From positions 2,880,001-2,912,000 of the forward strand of contig CP060262.1 in the NCBI GenBank assembly GCA_022646745.1: 32,000 nucleotides of DNA. Reading direction: 5' to 3'. Under the pieces are notes generated by a model. The model saw only the letters and a program-made list of their open reading frames with translations. It did no database searches and was not told the DNA's origin. Every line of letters starts with the position of its first letter. Positions within the stretch are counted from its first letter, which is position 1. The DNA comes from Planctomycetales bacterium. Lineage in GTDB: Bacteria; 4484-113; JAFGCY01. Shown one piece after another: positions 30,920 through 32,000 of this stretch. Made by a program: the position numbers and the translations under genes.

Positions 30920-32000
30920 GTGCCGGATCCCACTTCCAGCAGCCAGCCGCGCATCTTCTTCTCCACCGGAGAACTGTCCGGGGAGATGCATGCCGCGCAC
31001 CTGCTGCTGCATATCCAGCAGGTCCGGCAGGCAGCGGGCCTGCCCCCGGTGATTGCGGAGGCTAACGGGTCCGCAAAACTGCGGGCGGCAGGGGCATCGA
31101 TCGTGAACGATGTAGCCACCTGGAGCGAACTCGGCATCATCCGCAATCTGTTCAAGGCGGCTTTCTTCTCGCAGGTGGTGCAGCGCACCTTGCAGCACAT
31201 CCTGGCCGGCGGTTTCGACATGGTTGTGCTGGTTGACAACCGCTTCCTGAACCTGAACCTAGCCAGGCTGCTACGGCAGCGTGGCTTCAGCGGGAAGATC
31301 GTTTATTACGTATCACCGGTGCGCTGGGAAAGCTGCTATGACCCGGCGGAGCTGCAGCGCAGCCTGCAGAACCCGCGCTTCGCGATGATCCGGCAGTACT
31401 GCGACCTGGCGATCCCGATCTACCCAGTCAGCCTCGATGCCTACCTGCAACTCGGCATCCCGCATGTCTATCCCGGCCATCCGATCTGCCAGCTGGCCCG
31501 CCCGGTGCTGGACGATGCATCCTTCCAGCAGCTGATCGGGGAAGACACTGAGAGCCTGGCCAATTCCCTGATCGTCGGGGTGATGCCCGGCAGCCGCCGC
31601 GGGGAGATTGCCGACATTGCACCGGAGGTATTCCGAGCGGTGGCCCTGCTGCAGGAGGCCTGCCGTGAGGCCCCGGACCTGCCACGCATCATCGCGCTGG
31701 CTCCCGTGGCCCATCCCGAGCTGCGCCAGGCGATGCTTGATGCCGCGCGCAAGGGCGGGCTGGAGGAGCTGACGCTCGTTGACAGCGAGTACCGCTACGA
31801 CATGATGACCCGCAGCGCGCTGATGATCGTCAAGAGCGGCACCGGGCTGCATGAATGCATGATCCTCGGTATCCCGGCAGTGATGTGCTACCGCGTGCAT
31901 CCTGCACTGGCCTGGATCGGACGCCACCTGATGAAGTTCTCGATGCCGTTCTACGGCTTCCCGAACCTGCTTGCCAACCGGGCTGTCGTGCCTGAGCTGA
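30920..32000 (+). CDS. lpxB: Lipid-A-disaccharide synthase (3' end beyond the window)
   Basis: This ORF is absent from the supplied track because it has no stop inside the window. My own translation gives RIFFSTGELSGEMHAAHLL, VGVMPGSRRGEI, IVKSGTGLHECMILGIPAVMCYRV and FYGFPNLLANRAVVPEL, the LpxB signature blocks. Confidence 0.85.
   Translation, partial: MPDPTSSSQPRIFFSTGELSGEMHAAHLLLHIQQVRQAAGLPPVIAEANGSAKLRAAGASIVNDVATWSELGIIRNLFKAAFFSQVVQRTLQHILAGGFDMVVLVDNRFLNLNLARLLRQRGFSGKIVYYVSPVRWESCYDPAELQRSLQNPRFAMIRQYCDLAIPIYPVSLDAYLQLGIPHVYPGHPICQLARPVLDDASFQQLIGEDTESLANSLIVGVMPGSRRGEIADIAPEVFRAVALLQEACREAPDLPRIIALAPVAHPELRQAMLDAARKGGLEELTLVDSEYRYDMMTRSALMIVKSGTGLHECMILGIPAVMCYRVHPALAWIGRHLMKFSMPFYGFPNLLANRAVVPEL

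Overview
GC-rich (by eye about 60%) chromosomal segment from a diderm bacterium, judged from lpxB and the many lipobox lipoproteins. It is densely packed with housekeeping genes on both strands: partial sarcosine-oxidase-like flavoenzyme, ArsM-like methyltransferase, ribE-ribBA, ADP-ribosylglycohydrolase-like protein, prs-glmU, acyl-CoA dehydrogenase, RidA-family protein, tetraheme cytochrome fusion, M28/glutaminyl-cyclase-like lipoprotein, FtsB-like protein, OmpR-type response regulator, glyQS, rpsT, comEC, PNP/UDP-family nucleosidase, alpha/beta hydrolase, alaS and partial lpxB. The accessory-looking content is a 1476-aa surface lipoprotein (cohesin + dockerin-like + 8 PKD + 7-blade Asp-box propeller), three further secreted or lipoprotein hypotheticals, and a compositionally atypical 501-aa membrane-anchored protein. 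I see no rRNA, tRNA, CRISPR array, transposase/integrase, or recognisable defence or biosynthetic cluster, and I cannot honestly name a new multi-gene system here. The signals most worth follow-up are: (1) two perfect inverted DnaA boxes plus a repeated GTTTCAY motif in an AT-rich gap at 26.79-26.90 kb; (2) -10-like hexamers 5-10 nt upstream of start codons at 11 genes, suggesting widespread leaderless transcription; (3) the giant lipoprotein and the internal history of its PKD array; (4) a phosphoesterase-like domain fused to a tetraheme cytochrome; (5) the low-GC hypothetical gene divergent from an orphan response regulator with a structured leader. All protein calls rest on motif recognition by eye. 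No database search was run.
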